NCBI GenBank assembly: GCA_964247135.1 | Contig: CAXTTL010000002.1 | Span: forward strand, 7,693-71,692 | Direction: 5' to 3' | DNA length: 64,000 nucleotides | DNA from: an uncultured Deinococcales bacterium | GTDB lineage: Bacteria > Deinococcota > Deinococci > Deinococcales > JAAFIG01 | In this document: piece after piece, positions 63,598 through 64,000 of the stretch | Layout: each line of letters starts with the position of its first letter | How positions within the stretch are numbered: position 1 is the first letter of the stretch | The notes under the pieces: model-generated | The model's database searches: none | What the model was told of the DNA's origin: nothing | Seen by the model: the letters and a program-made list of their open reading frames with translations, nothing else | Made by a program: the position numbers and the translations under genes

Positions 63598-64000
63598 TCA
63601 TGGGGCGAGCCGCATTTTCACCCATGCATCAGCCTCGAGTTCATAGCGAATGCGGTCGTGCAATCTGGCTTTGCGACCCTGCCAAAATTCAAACGCATCG
63701 GGCAACAGTCTAAACCCACCCCAATGCGCTGGGCGCGGGACAACCTCAGGAAACTCGAGCCTTAATTTCGCCACGTTTTGCTCGAGTTGTTCGCGGGTGA
63801 CGGTTTGACTTTGCGGGCTGGCGGCGCTGGCGAGTTGGGATTCGTAAGGGCGGCTGGCAAAATATGCGTCCGATTCTGGATCAGGAACTTTCTGCACACT
63901 TCCTTCAACCCGCACTTGACGCTCGAGCGCAGCCCACCAAAAATTCAGGCAGGCAAAGCCGGTGGTTTGCAACTCCTGCCCTTTGCGCGAGTCGTAATTG
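63598..64000 (-). CDS. pdxH: Pyridoxamine 5'-phosphate oxidase, C-terminal part (5' end beyond the window)
   Basis: ..NYDSRKGQELQ..LNFWWAALERQVRVEG...YFASRPYESQL.A..S.QS...HWGGFRL.PD.FEFWQGR..RLHDR..Y......W...RLAP is colinear with E. coli PdxH. The frame stays open to position 64000. Confidence 0.9.
   Translation of the reverse strand, partial: NYDSRKGQELQTTGFACLNFWWAALERQVRVEGSVQKVPDPESDAYFASRPYESQLASAASPQSQTVTREQLEQNVAKLRLEFPEVVPRPAHWGGFRLLPDAFEFWQGRKARLHDRIRYELEADAWVKMRLAP

Noticed and set aside
1-64000. The regularly recurring CTCGAG as a CRISPR array, or as cloning/linker contamination
   Set aside because: Spacing is irregular (a few nt up to about 600 bp) and there is no repeat-spacer structure. 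The sites sit in frame inside conserved protein motifs without disrupting ORFs, so they are part of the native sequence and not inserted linkers.
1-64000. An XhoI-type restriction-modification system or other defence system encoded in this window
   Set aside because: I found no methyltransferase, endonuclease, Cas, Abi, toxin-antitoxin or other recognisable defence gene here. If a CTCGAG-specific enzyme exists, it must be elsewhere in the genome.

Overview
This 64-kb window is chromosomal DNA, moderately GC-rich (mid-50s % by eye). I call about 48 protein-coding genes across both strands. I saw no rRNA, tRNA, CRISPR array, transposase, integrase or prophage genes.

Housekeeping genes: pilC (partial), scpB, aroE, glyQS behind a glycine T-box leader, ftsH, minD-minE, priA, def-fmt, meaB and pdxH (partial).

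Accessory genes:
- a SARP/BTAD-TPR regulator followed by a cluster of secreted proteins and lipoproteins
- a gabT plus gamma-aminobutyraldehyde-type dehydrogenase operon
- an enolase-superfamily NAAAR/OSBS gene plus a GNAT-like gene
- tandem aldose-1-epimerase paralogs
- a six-repeat Ig-like lipoprotein
- an S8 protease
- a TPR-HisKA_3 kinase
- two Hanks-type Ser/Thr kinases (one fused to AAA+TPR, one to NHL repeats and paired with a PP2C phosphatase)
- a 5xGAF-GGDEF cyclase
- a 1622-aa HEAT/DUF4132-like giant with a small coupled partner

A PriA lacking Walker A/B, many -10 boxes sitting 6-8 nt from start codons (leaderless design) and the NAAAR gene together suggest a Deinococcus-type genome. 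That assignment is inference.

The most striking signal is not a gene. The palindrome CTCGAG (the XhoI site) occurs about 480 times by my hand count, roughly 1 per 134 bp, against about 16-19 expected from composition. It occurs in all reading frames, in intergenic DNA and in terminator stems, and no gap between copies exceeds about 600 bp. This is a HIP1-like highly iterated palindrome that visibly shapes codon and dipeptide usage.

Other structure: a dispersed GTAGGGGCGC-loop-GCGCC hairpin family (5 copies) and several in-frame tandem repeats. I could not identify a recognisable defence or mobile system.
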